64,000 nucleotides of DNA from positions 25,234,001 through 25,298,000 of the forward strand of contig CM069162.1 in the NCBI GenBank assembly GCA_035221665.1, read 5' to 3'. Source of the stretch: Okamejei kenojei (taxonomy: Eukaryota). Shown here piece by piece: positions 12,696 through 25,478 of this stretch. Below the pieces are notes generated by a model. That model saw only the letters and a program-made list of their open reading frames with translations, ran no database searches and was not told the DNA's origin. Numbering within the stretch: the stretch's first letter is position 1; every line of letters begins with the position of its first letter. The translations under genes and the position numbers were made by a program.

Positions 12696-12820
12696 TTCAA
12701 AATGTACATTAGTTTAAGGATACCAACAGTGATTGACCTCGGAGACTGCTGGTGGAGGTGCAGGCATGGACACGGACAGGCAACTATGTTCACCCACACG
12801 AATAAACAGATTCAAATAGG

Positions 12821-13130
12821 AAGCACAGTGGCGCAGCTGGTAGAGGTGCTGCCTCCCAGTGCCAGAGAGCCGGGCTCGATCCTGACCCCGGGCACTGTCT
12901 ATGTGGAGTTTGCACGTTCTCCGGTGACTGCGTGGATTTCCTTCATGTCCCCCGGTTTCCTCCCGCATTCCAAAGATGTGCAGGTTTGCTTGTGAATTGG
13001 CCCCTGTGTGTAAAGTGTGGATGAGAGAGTGGGATAACATAGAACCAGTGTGAATGGGTGATCGATGATCAGCCTGGACGCAGTGGACCAAAGAGCCTGT
13101 TTCCATGCTGTATCTCTGGACTAAACTAAA
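12821..13130 (+). mobile_element. HE1-type V-SINE, full length
   Basis: Pol III A box TGGCGCAGCTGG (12829-12840), B-box-like GCTCGATCC, V-domain, tail ending (CTAAA)n. Confidence 0.9.
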
Positions 13131-14164
13131 TTCTTATGCTCACTCATATTCATATGCTGCAAGTGCTAAAAGATAAATCCACATATATACACACGTGTAA
13201 GCTAGTTCAGAGCTTTTGAATGTAATTACACAAGGACACCAATGCAACCCAGCTCTGAACATTTACAGACAGATTTCTGAGTCACAATCACACCCTTCCC
13301 ACTCCCATGTACATCCATACATTACATGCACATGCATCCCCAGCACAACTCACTCACACTGCCTATTTTCACAGAATGTGCCTTACACCTACTGGGCAAA
13401 GTACGACAGGAACTAAAGGTCATTCTTATACACAAGTTAGGTCAGTCGTTCTGCTGCACCCTCTCTATACACTGCCTGAAAAAGTAGAGGAAGAGAGGCT
13501 CTACTTTCTTCATCACTACTTCAGGTGGAAAGCAACACCAGGCTGCCTGAACACAGGGAACTGCAGACGCTGGAAACATATGCAAAACACAAAATGCTGG
13601 AGGAACTCAGCAGATCAGGCAGCACTTGGTGAAGAAGGGTCCCAACCCAAAACATCATTTGGCCATTCCCTCCACAGATGCTGCCTGCCCCGCTGAGTTC
13701 CTGCATCACTTTGTGTTTTACACTTGGCTGCATGGGAAGAATGCAGGCGTGGGGGAATAGATGAATAGAAGGGCTGGTACAGGCCTGATGGGCCAAAAAA
13801 CATCCATCTGTGAGCCAGAGTACACGCTTTTGGAATGAGTGGAAGTGGCTGGCATTGTGCTTGTTGTGATCTTGCCTAGATCGTGAAAGACCAAACAATC
13901 TTGCAGGAAGGTAGTGAAGAGCGGTGGCGGATGCGACTCTGTGGTTCAGCCCCATTGCAGGCACAGGGTGAGAAAAGGAAGGAGCCAGGGCTTGCAGGAG
14001 AGCAGGGATTAATGACAGGGCCCGCCCCTGTCAGTCTGGTATTTGTAACTAACGGAAAGCACATGCGGCCAATTGACCTCTCCTTCTTGAGTAGGCTTTC
14101 GATATCTGTCTGGTTGTCACCACGTCTAATGCCTCTCGAACAACAGGCAGTGGGTCAGGCGTGA

Positions 14165-15267
14165 GAGGGGGTGGCTGCTTGTTGTAGCTCTGGGAGAGTG
14201 GGTGAGAGGAGAAGGATTGGGAGGGTGATTGGATGAGGGGGATGGAGCGAAGGGGGGGGGTGGGAAGAATGAGGAGGCAGGGAAAGAGGCACAGAGTGAG
14301 AGAGGCAGTGAGGAGGATGATAGGACATAGGAATGGAGGAAGGAAGAAGAATGAGGGAGGCAGGAAGGAGAAAGATGGGGAGGGAAACGGAGTGAAAGTG
14401 AGAGGTTGTAGCACTTGGTGGAAGAGAGAGAGAGAAAAAGAGGGGAGGAGAGAGGAAATAAAGGGAGAGGGGATTGGAGAGAAGGAATGAGAAAGAGTGA
14501 GAGGGAATGAGGAAAAGGGAAAGAGATAGACAGAGGGAGGGAGGGAGGGGGAGGGGAGAGAGAAGGGGAGAGACGATGAGGAGAAAGAGAGAGAGAGGGN
14601 NNNNNNNNNNNNNNNNNNNNNNNNNNNNNNNNNNNNNNNNNNNNNNNNNNNNNNNNNNNNNNNNNNNNNNNNNNNNNNNNNNNNNNNNNNNNNNNNNNNN
14701 NNNNNNNNNNNNNNNNNNNNNNNNNNNNNNNNNNNNNNNNNNNNNNNNNNNNNNNNNNNNNNNNNNNNNNNNNNNNNNNNNNNNNNNNNNNNNNNNGATT
14801 GAGGGAGAGAGGAGACAGAAGGGAGAGAGAAGGGGGTGAGAGAAGNNNNNNNNNNNNNNNNNNNNNNNNNNNNNNNNNNNNNNNNNNNNNNNNNNNNNNN
14901 NNNNNNNNNNNNNNNNNNNNNNNNNNNNNNNNNNNNNNNNNNNNNNNNNNNNNNNNNNNNNNNNNNNNNNNNNNNNNNNNNNNNGAGAGGGAAGGGAAAG
15001 AGGGAGAGAAAGCAAGGGAAGGTGAGAGAGAAGGGAGAAGGAGAGAGAGAGAGAGAGAAGGGAGAGGGGAGAGAGAAGAGAGAGAGAGAGGAGACAGGAG
15101 AGAGAGAGTAGGGTGAGAGAGAGAGGANNNNNNNNNNNNNNNNNNNNNNNNNNNNNNNNNNNNNNNNNNNNNNNNNNNNNNNNNNNNNNNNNNNNNNNNN
15201 NNNNNNNNNNNNNNNNNNNNNNNNNNNNNNNNNNNNNNNNNNNNNNNNNNNNNNNNNNNNNNNNNNN
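14165..15267. repeat. GA-rich low-complexity tract containing three N gaps (14600-14796, 14846-14984, 15128-15267)
   Basis: Direct inspection. Confidence 0.95.
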
Positions 15268-17158
15268 AGCAGAGTTTGGGACACGGAGTGCTGATTAGGT
15301 GAGGCTCCACTGCCTGCTGTTTGTTCGTCTAGGCATTGACTTTGACAAAACTGCTCCCCGTGTTAATTAAGTGGAAGCACTAAGCGCAGAGCAATGCGGG
15401 GAATGTTTGTACCAATACCACAGAGCTCACTGGAGACAACAGTAACCAGAATTTAACCTGACAAATAGAAGAGGAGGCAAAGATTCACAAAGGGAAAGCA
15501 GGAGAGACGGGGGCAGGAAGGTACGACCCATCTGTCTCCACCCCACAATGTCCCCTCAGTACCGGTGCTTCTGAACACTTGATGTACCTGATGTGAAGTA
15601 TTGCCAGTGATCTGAAGCAGCTACACTGAGTTCTCTGTTGCAGACATGGATGTTACTGTAATTCCGCAGACTGGCCAGCTGCTGGTGTGATGGGTTGTGT
15701 ACAATGCCGGGGTTCTGTTCTTATCTTCCACAGACACTTGCCAGGAATAACTGAAAAACCACTCGTTCAGACTGGCAGAGCTTGCGAAGTGTGCCTGAGG
15801 CAGTGGATCAAAGGGGAGCAAACGACTCTCTCATTCCCTCGCTCCGCACTCACCGGCTTTATAGCGGCTCAGGAAACATCAAATGCAACCCGTCTCCCTC
15901 CAACTAATCATCCCAGATTCAAATTACAAAGATTCACACGTTTTTTCTCTCTTGCAATTTATCTGACAAAAAGAATTATAAAAGTGGCCACTTGTCTCCC
16001 GATGGTGAATCCATCCGTCCAATGAGGGCTGTCCGTTCAGAAGCATTAAGGTTGCCTACAGTTGGCTACAAGTGGTTATGTCTGGAAGTGTTCAAGACAA
16101 TGTGAGCAGAGTGACTCTGACAGCTTTGGTCCTGCACATGTTTACCCAGTTCCAGGGACTGTCATTGAACAAATCTCCCCTCCCCACCCTATCTCCCAAT
16201 GGCTGTGACTGCCAACATCCACTGTATCAATTCTAGCGTTGGTTCAACTCCAGCGCCTGCCATCCTCCAACCATGAAGGCGGGGAGGGGGGGCGGTGGTT
16301 GGTCAGAGTTATTCCCAATCTTGAATATCTCAGGGGAATTTTGGAAGGTGCCTCCAAATATACCTCCAGCTTCAAGTCATCCAGCGAGTATGGTAATTTG
16401 TGTCTTAGAAAGTGTGATGGAGAGTGAGAGTTCTCCATTAATGGGATGGATAACTCAGCAATGGTTTTGTCACTGAATGCAAAGCAGACAGCACACCATT
16501 ATGACTCCAACCGACAACTCACAGTGGAGGGGGGGCAGGTAAGGACAAGTGTTGAACTATTTCTGTTGGTGCACGAGCAGCAGAACTGACCCTTGGAAAC
16601 TGCCTTGGTTTTTCTGTCCTGAACAGAAACCCACAAACCCCCTGTGATATCTCGCCTGTTCTTCGTCTGAGGGTCCTCTTCTCTCTCACCTTAAACACGG
16701 TTCCCCACTCTAACCTCCATCTAGAAACCCAGGGGTTCTCCACAAACTCCATTCCACCCTTCCCCTCCAAGTCTCCCCTGGGTGTTTCACATCCACAGAC
16801 CCCCACACAGCTGTGGAAGTAAGTGGGGTGATCGAACAACTGTGGACCATTGACAGGAGACAGAGAACGGCTTCACTGATGTCGGGACCAACAATCCCCA
16901 TTACATGTGTAAGCATTTTATTCCACTTCTCATGTGTACTCCTTGAATATACTCATGTATAATATGATCTGATTAAAATTAATAGCACACGAGAACTAAG
17001 GCTTTTCACTGTACCTCAGCACGCCTGACAATAACAGACCAATACCAAATTCTGACTAAAATCTGCCTCGCATTTTAATTTCAAAATCATTCCTGGGTTC
17101 TTGCTCCTGTGAATAATCACCTTCACGCACAGTCTTTCTGTCTCTGTCTCTCTCTCTC

Positions 17159-17428
17159 TTTTATTAATTTTTATTTTATTTAATTTTTTTTTTGTCAAAA
17201 ATTGTATTCAATTATTAAAAAATAATATATACAGTACAATAAAACAAGCCAGAACCTGCCACCATAATGCAGTACAAACATATATCCATAATTAACTATT
17301 ATACAGCTATGATACAATCCTTATTGAGGATACATTCAACACCCTGCGGAGGGAGCCCAGCGGTCCCGGAGCTCCCTCAGCGTGCCTGTGGACAGGGCGT
17401 ATTCCCTCTCTAACCTCATCCGGGCATC
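17159..17428 (-). mobile_element. Tx1/L1-clade LINE 3' end with A-rich tail
   Basis: Minus-strand RLEREYALSTGTLRELRDRWAP resembles Tx1-type ORF2 C-termini (from memory); the T-rich tract at 17159-17194 is a minus-strand poly(A)-like tail; flanked by (TC)n. Confidence 0.65.
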
Positions 17429-18959
17429 TCCCTCTCTCTTTCTCTCTCTCTCTCTTAGTGGGGTTGTCTCTTTCTGTTCGCCTCTCTCCCCTGTGATTCT
17501 CCCTGTCTCCCGCTGCCTGACTGCCTGTCGCAGAATCTTTCCTCTCGTCAATCCCCTGTTTTGGACGTTGTTCAAATAAGTCAGACAAAAGCATTTGATT
17601 TAAACATTGCACAGTTTAAGGAAAATGTTGCGCTTATCAAGTTTACAAGATGCCTGTGTGGCTGCCCACTCAAGGATCACGGAGAAACAGTAGCATGGAT
17701 GGAGTGAGAAAATATCACTGGGATTACTGCTTTCCAAAAAAAATTGGGAATCATTCCAAAAGACAGTGGAAGCCGAAGAAAGGAACTTTCAACCAAGTGC
17801 AAGAGTGGAGTGAGGAATCTGTGAAAAGTATTTAACAGTCCCCTGAGGACGGAGGGAAGCTTAGCTTTCCATAGTCCTGCCATACGATCATGATGATGTC
17901 TCATGCCATGTGGCTGCAGCAGAGTCCTGCCAAGTTAGAGAGCAGACATTGTTCGGACCGTACCAGGTGCTCCGAACATCCGTTTCTCAGACAGGCTCTC
18001 TGCTCCACAGGGAATGTGAAAATAAAGAACTTTCTGGCAAATATGCCAGACCCACAGCCACGCCTACTACCAGGGAGTCAGGTCATGAGAAATTGGAAGT
18101 CTTCCAGGACAAGTCTTAATGTTTCCCCTTTGGCTCTCACCGCCTTACCAGCTTGTAATGGGAACTGATTCACTCTGTCCTTGGCTCGCTTTACTGAGCC
18201 TTATGAAGATGCTGACTGTCCCTGGAGACCAATTCCCCCCACCCTCCCCTGGGGTCCAGACCCCAAACTGAATGTCCATTCATCACATGTGAACATCAGT
18301 CACACAGAGGAGTGCCAGCCGTTTTGCCAGCTCCCGACCTGTTTGCAACCTGCTGACTTTCCCTGAGGTCCAGCTGCCTTCCTTCTCTAAATTTGGGGTC
18401 CCCTCTGTCTTATTCCTCTATCACCATCTCACTCTCACTCATCATCCAATTGCCACATCCGATCCATTTCCCATCTCTAGCCTTCCCTGCTCCTCAGACA
18501 GTTGAGCTCCCGGCCAACCTTGTGCACTTGCCCTTCTGATGAGCCGAGCGTTCCGCAAACATCTTAACCCTGCGGCTGTAATAGTTCTGAGCTGTCTGTG
18601 TCATCCCTAGTACAAATGTCCTCTCCTCCTTTCACATGTCTACATTCTAACATTCCACAACTATAAAAGCCAAGATGACTTTTACCAACTACCCCACCTG
18701 GATCGTCCACCTCTGTTCTGCGACTGTTTTGGATTATGGGCTCCAGTCTTTAATCCGACGGCTTCCGATCACAATGTTGAGATTCATCACCTGAACATGG
18801 TAATGACTGTACCATTGGGATGATGTATTTGAAAGGGAGTTGTGACATTCTGTGCCTTGTGACAGAGGGCCTTGTTTCTGAGATCTGGGCAGAGCTGGTG
18901 TTATGGGGGTGGAGCGAGTGGGGAAGGGAGCAGGGGCATGCGATTGTGTGAAGGCTGAC

Positions 18960-19156
18960 CTGTGGAGAGAGTCCATTGCTGACCTGGTTCATGTTGTTGG
19001 GTCCCGTCGGGTTCATGAAGCTGTCGGGGTAGCTGGAGAAGCTGTGCCGATTGGACGCCAGGCCGTAGGAGGCACTCTCTGCGGCGACTGCCAGACCACT
19101 CTGGTGCATGGACGATGGTGGCAGTGGCTGTGGCCTGTGGACTGTGCTCCCTCCGT
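18960..19156 (-). CDS. pax7: Pax7 internal exon (exon 7 equivalent): [66 protein letters not shown]
   Basis: [12 protein letters not shown] and NGLSPQ are hallmark Pax3/7 C-terminal motifs. Acceptor TTGGTCTCAG|AC, donor CAG|GTCAGC; 197 nt, phase matches the preceding exon (G|AC = Asp). Confidence 0.95.
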
Positions 19157-19596
19157 CTGAGACCAAGCACACACCACAACCAGTGAGTCACACCATGAAG
19201 CTCTAACATCGCACCCGCAACACATTCCTCCAATCTCCTCCCTCCTCTCGGTCTCCACTTCCTCTTTCCTCCCCCCTCCCTTCCGCTAACCTCTTCTCTT
19301 CTTCCATTTCTCTCTCTTTCTCCCTTTCCCTCCTTCACGTTCCACTCCCATCCCTCCCTCTACACTTCCCTCCCCTTCGCCTTTCCCTTCTTTCCACCAC
19401 TTGCTCACCCCATTCACCTGCCCACCCATCCCCTCTCCCTCCTTCACCAGCCTCTTCCCACCTCGGACAGCTGACAGCTGGTAGCTGTTTGCAGCCACAG
19501 AGGGACTGTGCCTGATCCTATCGCCCATTCTCAGTCAGGCTACCTAGCGATCAGTGGACGGACACTGTTTGACACTGGACGTGGCAGTGCCCTTAC

Positions 19597-19762
19597 CTTG
19601 GGAGAGGGTGGTCGATGGGTACGATGACTCAGCCAACTGGTATGGGGGTAAGGTTGGCATTCCAGTGGGCGCAAAACCTCCTGGCAACAGGTGGTTGAAA
19701 GCTGCCAGCTGATTGGCTCCGGCCTGCTTACGCCACCGTGCACGCCGGTTACTGAACCACAC
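19597..19762 (-). CDS. pax7: Pax7 internal exon (exon 6 equivalent): [55 protein letters not shown]
   Basis: S50 recognition helix WFSNRR of Pax-type homeodomains; [13 protein letters not shown] is the Pax7 version. Acceptor TTTTTACATTTCCAG|GTG, donor AAG|GTAAGG; 166 nt, in frame with the previous exon. Confidence 0.97.
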
Positions 19763-21299
19763 CTGGAAATGTAAAAAGCACCATTAGTGAAGTGTCGTGA
19801 CCGGGATCAGAGTCGTCACTCTCAGCTCCCCTCGCTTTAAACCTCATTAACAAACTACCTATCCAGTGTCTGGCCCTGCCTTCTGTTGAATCTGCCTTCA
19901 GCACATCGCCTCGGTCACATACAAGACAGGTGCAATGTCACTATCCATCCTTTCAGCTCACTCCCTTCACTTAAACGAACTGCCCGTCCAGACCTCGCTC
20001 CGCTAACTTCTCTATCTCTCACTCTACTTCTGCCTCTTCTTAAAACCCGTCTCTCGGACTTAAAGCTTTGGTGCCCAATGTTATCTAATTTCTGTTTCTG
20101 CAAGGTGATATCTGTAAAGCACCTGCCCAGCCAAATCTATACAGCAACATGTGCGAGTACACACACACACGCACCCACACACACTTCTCCTTCCACCACT
20201 TCTCTCCTCTACAGGTGCAGATTCTCAGTAAGGTGAGGTTTAGTTCACCTATGCTCAATATTCCATTCTCCATTCGCGAGCATGACTGTCGATTAACGGC
20301 AGGCGATTCCATCAATAAATGAAAAATAATGGTAAATGCAATGGGAGTGAGTGCAGTGCTTCCAGATCTACAACGACACTACACTAAAAGCAGTGCAGTG
20401 GGTGGTTATTTTCTATTCCCCTTCCAAAGTTCAGTTCCTTTTACGTCAGTGTCAATGGCCAACGTGTAGACATTTTCTACTCTCTCTCTAAAGCAAGAAG
20501 CTGAGAGGCATGAGGTTAATCATTTAAAATGCAGGAAAATATTAAATATTGATGTTCAAAGGAAACTGTTTGTCCTTGCACACGAATTGTGGCATCAGGC
20601 AGGGGATGTGAGCAATTAGGCAGCAAATGGAACCGTGGACTCTCGTACAGGGCACTGAAGCAGAAAACATCCTTCAGTACGTGATGAGACCACACCTGGA
20701 GCAGCAGAAGCACCATAGGAAAGGCATTACACAGAAGATACAAGGAACTGCAGGTACTAGTTTACAAAAAAAGTCACAAAGGACAGCAAGTCCATCAGCA
20801 TCTCTGGAGAACATGGATAGGCGATGCTCCCGTTCGTGTTCCTTCTTCAGACTTAAGACTGAAGATGAGTCCTGACCCAAAACATCACCTATCCAAGTTC
20901 TCCAAAGCTGCTGCCTGACCCACTGAGTTACTTCAACACTTTGTGTGTTTTGAAGGAATGGCATGGTTGCCTTTGGTGGCTGCATCTTACCGGTTTAGTA
21001 GATTTATTCTGGGGGCAGGGGTTTCCTACTGAGGAGAGATTGAGTAGATCGGGATTCTGTTACTTGCATTTTAAAAAGATGAGTGTTAATCCCAATAAAA
21101 TGCATCAGATTCTGAGAAGTTTTGACAAATGTAACAGCTGGGAGTCTGTTTCCCATGGTTAGTGAGTTAACTCCAGCGCAAGGAAAGGCGTTAGCTGTTT
21201 GGAACTGGGATAAATAGAAATTTCTTAACATGAGAACTCGCACATTATGAATAGTGTTATGTGCAATCCATTCAGCTGCTTCTGCCTGGTCCATCAGTC

Positions 21300-23200
21300 A
21301 ATGAGCTCACGGCTGATCAATCCCCTGCACTAACACCGTATATCCTGACATTTAAAACTCCATCGTTGTCTTTAGTATGACCAGCAATCGAGTGGGTGAA
21401 GATGTTTCTCTGCATCTGCCCTGCCTCCTAGTTTGGAGACGGTGGCCCCCAGTTCCAGGCACCCATCAGCGGAAGGGAACTTCATTCGCTCTATCCTACC
21501 AAACACAAACCCCTTAAGATTTGATACATTTTGATGTCAATTGCTTTCCATTCTTCTAAAGGGAGCACAAGCTGAATCTCTCCTCGCCAGGAACCTGGCG
21601 AACCTTTGTTACACTGCCTTTATCACAGGGATCCCGTTCTTCAGGGAGAGAGACCACACCTGTGCATAATATTTGAGATGTGGACTCACCAGGGCTCCAC
21701 ATAATCAGAGCAAGACATCTCCAGACTGGTCCTTTTGCAGTAAAACCAACGTTCCAATCCCCTTGTCTGCTGTTTGCTACTTAACTCTCCACTCCCTCTG
21801 CCCACCAATCTCTCAAAATGTAAAACACTCCAGCTTACTCATTGTTCTCCATCTGCGATGTCCTCATCCATTCACTTCACTTCATTCAGATTCACTTCAT
21901 CCATCTGTCATCTCTCTGCAATCTCCTCACAATCCACGCCGGCTCCCAGTTCATCAACACACTTCCATACTTTCCTCCTTTCTCTTCTCTGGCCATTAGT
22001 AAATCTGCTATTCACAACAAAAGCTTTTCGCTGTACCTTGGTAGACGTGACAATAAAGTAACTGTACATTGTCCCTAATGATGGGCATTCTAATGTTGTT
22101 CATCTTTCCTGACGTCTTATCAAAGGCTTCCTAAAACTTGTTCACTCTTATGGGTTGCAATTGTTTCAATTCAATGAACTCCCAACAGGTTTGTCCAAAT
22201 ATTTTCACTTTTAATGAGAGTTTGATTATCCTGACGTCACATCTTTACTAATAGATTGCAGGAGTTTCCCCGCTACAGATCTATGGTTAATTCTCCCTAA
22301 TTCCCTGCATTCTTGCATTCTCCCTCCCTCCTTTCCTAAACAACGCGATTACATTTATTACTTTCCAATCTGTGGAAACCATCAATCTTTGGAAGATGTC
22401 AGCCAGTCCTCAACAGCCACCTTTTTCATGATTCCCAATTACACGTCATCATGTCAAGAGTTTAATTGGTCACGTGTAATATGGGTGTTTAATTGTGGCC
22501 TAAGGGATTTATTGCCGTTCAGTTCTCCGATGCTATTTTGCGTCACTGGCGCTGTGACAGTGGCTCTACCTACTGCGCCACAGTGCCGTTCTTTCTTTCG
22601 GGGAGAAAGACACCAGCCATTTGTAAAATATATCTGCCATTTCTTTACTTCCCTTACTAAATCTCTTGTGCCTTGTGCCTTGGTCTAAAGTAATTTAAGC
22701 AAATCTTTTCCACTTTAAATATCTATTGAGGTCTACAATCTGTTTCTATGTTCCTTACTGGCCTGCTCTGATACACCACTCTCCCTTTCCTTATCAATGC
22801 CTCGGTCTTACTTCATCAAATTCTGAAATTTCTCAATCCTCTGGCTTACTGCCCTTTTTTTGGCAACATATAAGCCTTTTCCTTTGATCTAATGCTATCT
22901 TTAACTTCTCTTGATAGCCATGGCTGGACTGCTTTTACTGGGTTTTTTTCCCTTTAAAAAGGAAAATATATTTATTGCAACTCGGTATTAATTCTCTAAA
23001 TGTTGTTTGTTTACTCAGAGGCTTCGAATTCGGTGAGGTGGACGGCTCTGGGTGCTCCGCCGTTGAGGATATTTAAGATTGAGATAGATATTCAGACTTT
23101 TAAGGGAAACAGGGGGTTCCTAAGATTGAGTGGGGAATTGAGTGACGGATCATCCAGATTGTCAGTGACAGGTGGAACAAGCCTCAATTTTTCAGGGACC
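21300..23200 (-). mobile_element. Ancient CR1-type LINE remnants (patchy)
   Basis: Scattered diverged matches to the reverse complement of CR1 ORF2 (e.g. gatgtggactcaccagggctcc; ttatcaaaggcttcctaaaac); boundaries approximate. Confidence 0.5.
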
Positions 23201-24557
23201 ACACGCCTGATTCCCTAGTCACCACACACCCCATTCTCCATGGACCACACGCCTCATCCTCCCATCATCACATGCCCCATTCTGCCGTCATCACACACCC
23301 CATTCTATAGTGACCACACGTCCCACAAATGTCGTCATAGATGGTGTTACATTCTTGGATCAGCACCCAGGGTACTGGGCATTGACCCCAGGAGCACAAA
23401 TGTAAATCCCTTTGTGATAATTTAACTTAAATATAACATGAATAACTAAAATGTATATAATTAACTAAATCAGGAATTAGATTTCTTAATCACAGTTAAT
23501 CACAAATCCATTGGATCTTCATAAAACCCTTCCGGTTCACTAATGTTCTTCAGGGAGGGATGTCTGTCATCAGTTTGGATAGTATCTCGCACCAGAGCCA
23601 CCAACGTGAATGAGCCTCAGTGCAGGAACTGTTCAGGTTGGGCAAATCTACAGGTGATGCGTCTATCCCATTCACGAGTGGGTTCACTGATGTCCCTTGC
23701 AAAGGGCCATTTGCTGTGGTTTGGCTCTACATGTGAATCCAGATCCACAGTACACTGTCAATATCCTCGGGGGTAAGTGGGGATGGATAGTAATGGAGCT
23801 TTGCCAGGGGTGACTTGTGACCCCAGAACAAATACACATGGAAAAGAGCAGTGACCTCTGAGGGTCAAAGGTAACATCATGTCAAGTGCAGCACAAATAA
23901 ATCTGTGTGCAGTCTATCGGAATGTGTGAAGCTGTTGAGAGTCAGGCTTCAGTGTGGAACTGCCCCGTGTGGATCGCTACTTACTGAGGTATGAATCACA
24001 GCGTTTAGCTGCCATGGGAACTGAGTGGGAAACAGGCAAGGCTGCCTCCAAATGAAAATTGACAGCAACAGTTGCGAGTGTGAGTGGGAGTTGTTTGCCT
24101 TTCGCCTCCAGCTACACAGAGATCTATTGTTTCGCAAAAACAGGCCGGATCGCAACTCGTTGGAAGCTTGGTTGGGATTACAATCGGAATCGAAGCCTTG
24201 GCTTTACAGCAAAGACTGACGCCTTTTCAAATCAATTTATGACATCCTTAGAAAGTTCACAGCACCGGCCGCATTTGTAACAGGATTGGCTTCCAAAATA
24301 TCCAGTTTGAAGTTTGCACAACTCGTCCAAACTGCTCACCAGGACACCTGGTCGATTTGTCTCCAATAGCAGCCCGTCCCAGTTGTAAAACCTCTCCACT
24401 CATCGCAGGGCATGGAGCAAACAGGCCCCGGTAAAGGGCACTTTACTGGGTTAGGTGCCAACTTGTGGGCACCCATCATGGCACAGTCAGGAACCATCCA
24501 TGTGTAGTATTCCCTGCTATAGAATTTTCCCATTTCCAATCCTCTCTATACCTCACT

Positions 24558-24860
24558 GGCACAATAGTGGAGCTGCTGCCTCACAGCGCCGGAGACCCCA
24601 GTTCGATCCTGACCTCAGGTGCTGTCCATGTGGAGTTTGCATGTTTTCCCTATGACCAAGTGGGTTTCCTCCGAGTGCTCTGCTTTCCTCCCACATCCAA
24701 AGACGTGCGGGTTTGTAGGTTATGTGACCTCTGAAAATTGCCCCTAGTGTAGGGAGCAGAAGAGAAAGTTGGATAACATGGAACTAGTGTGAACGGGTGA
24801 TCGATGGTCAGCATGGACTCAGTGGGCCGTAGGGCCTGTTTTCATGCTGTATCTCTAAAC
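24558..24860 (+). mobile_element. HE1-type V-SINE
   Basis: B box GTTCGATCC at 24601, V-domain and tail present. Confidence 0.9.
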
Positions 24861-25291
24861 ATACCTACTAAATCATGGACTTGACCTATACTGAATCTTC
24901 ACTACAGTCGTGTACTCTCTGCCCTACCCTGGACTCTAACCCCCCCCCCCCCCCCCCCGTCCCACCACCGTGCACTCACCAACATCTCCTCCACTGCCCA
25001 GGTGTGCTCCACTCTAACTGTATTCTCTACCTGTCTCAGGTAATCTCTTTTTGCACGATTCAACACCTGCGTAACCTGTTGAGGTAACTCAAGTAAACTC
25101 ATTTCCACCTCCCGCAGATGATTCTGAGGTGATCTTCCAAACCTCCTTCTTAACTTGTTGTGCACACCTTTCACCTGTAACTTGCCCAAACAAAGGGGAA
25201 TAAAGTACATAACCAGGCATTGGCTGGTACCGGACAGGGGTCAGTCACACATCCGGAGATGGTGAAAAACCCGACAAGAGACCTTCCAAAG

Positions 25292-25478
25292 GTAGACAAA
25301 AGTGTTGGAGAAACTCAGCGGGTGCAGCAGCATCTATGGAGCGATGGAAATAGGCAACGTTTCGGGCCGCCCGAAACGTTGCCTATTTCCTTCGCTCCGT
25401 AGATGCCGCTGCACCCGCTGAGTTTATCCAGCACTTTAGTCAACCTTCGATTTTCCAGCACCTGCAGTTCCTTCTTAA
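25292..25478. mobile_element. Fold-back (palindromic) Penelope-like insert with 13-bp TSD
   Basis: About 75-bp inverted arms centred near 25368; AGACCTTCCAAAG at 25279-25291 and 25479-25491. Confidence 0.8.

Noticed and set aside
12821-12890. tRNA-like sequence with A and B boxes
   Set aside because: It is the tRNA-derived head of a V-SINE repeated many times here, not a tRNA gene.
14049-15310. ORFs of 286-411 aa
   Set aside because: They span N gaps and GA repeats.
18734-18790. CAG|GTG ATG AAT CTC (VMNL...) resembling the start of Pax7 exon 8 (VMSIL...)
   Set aside because: No polypyrimidine tract, similarity ends after 2-4 residues, and a stop follows within 18 codons; the real exon 8 was not found and probably lies left of the window.
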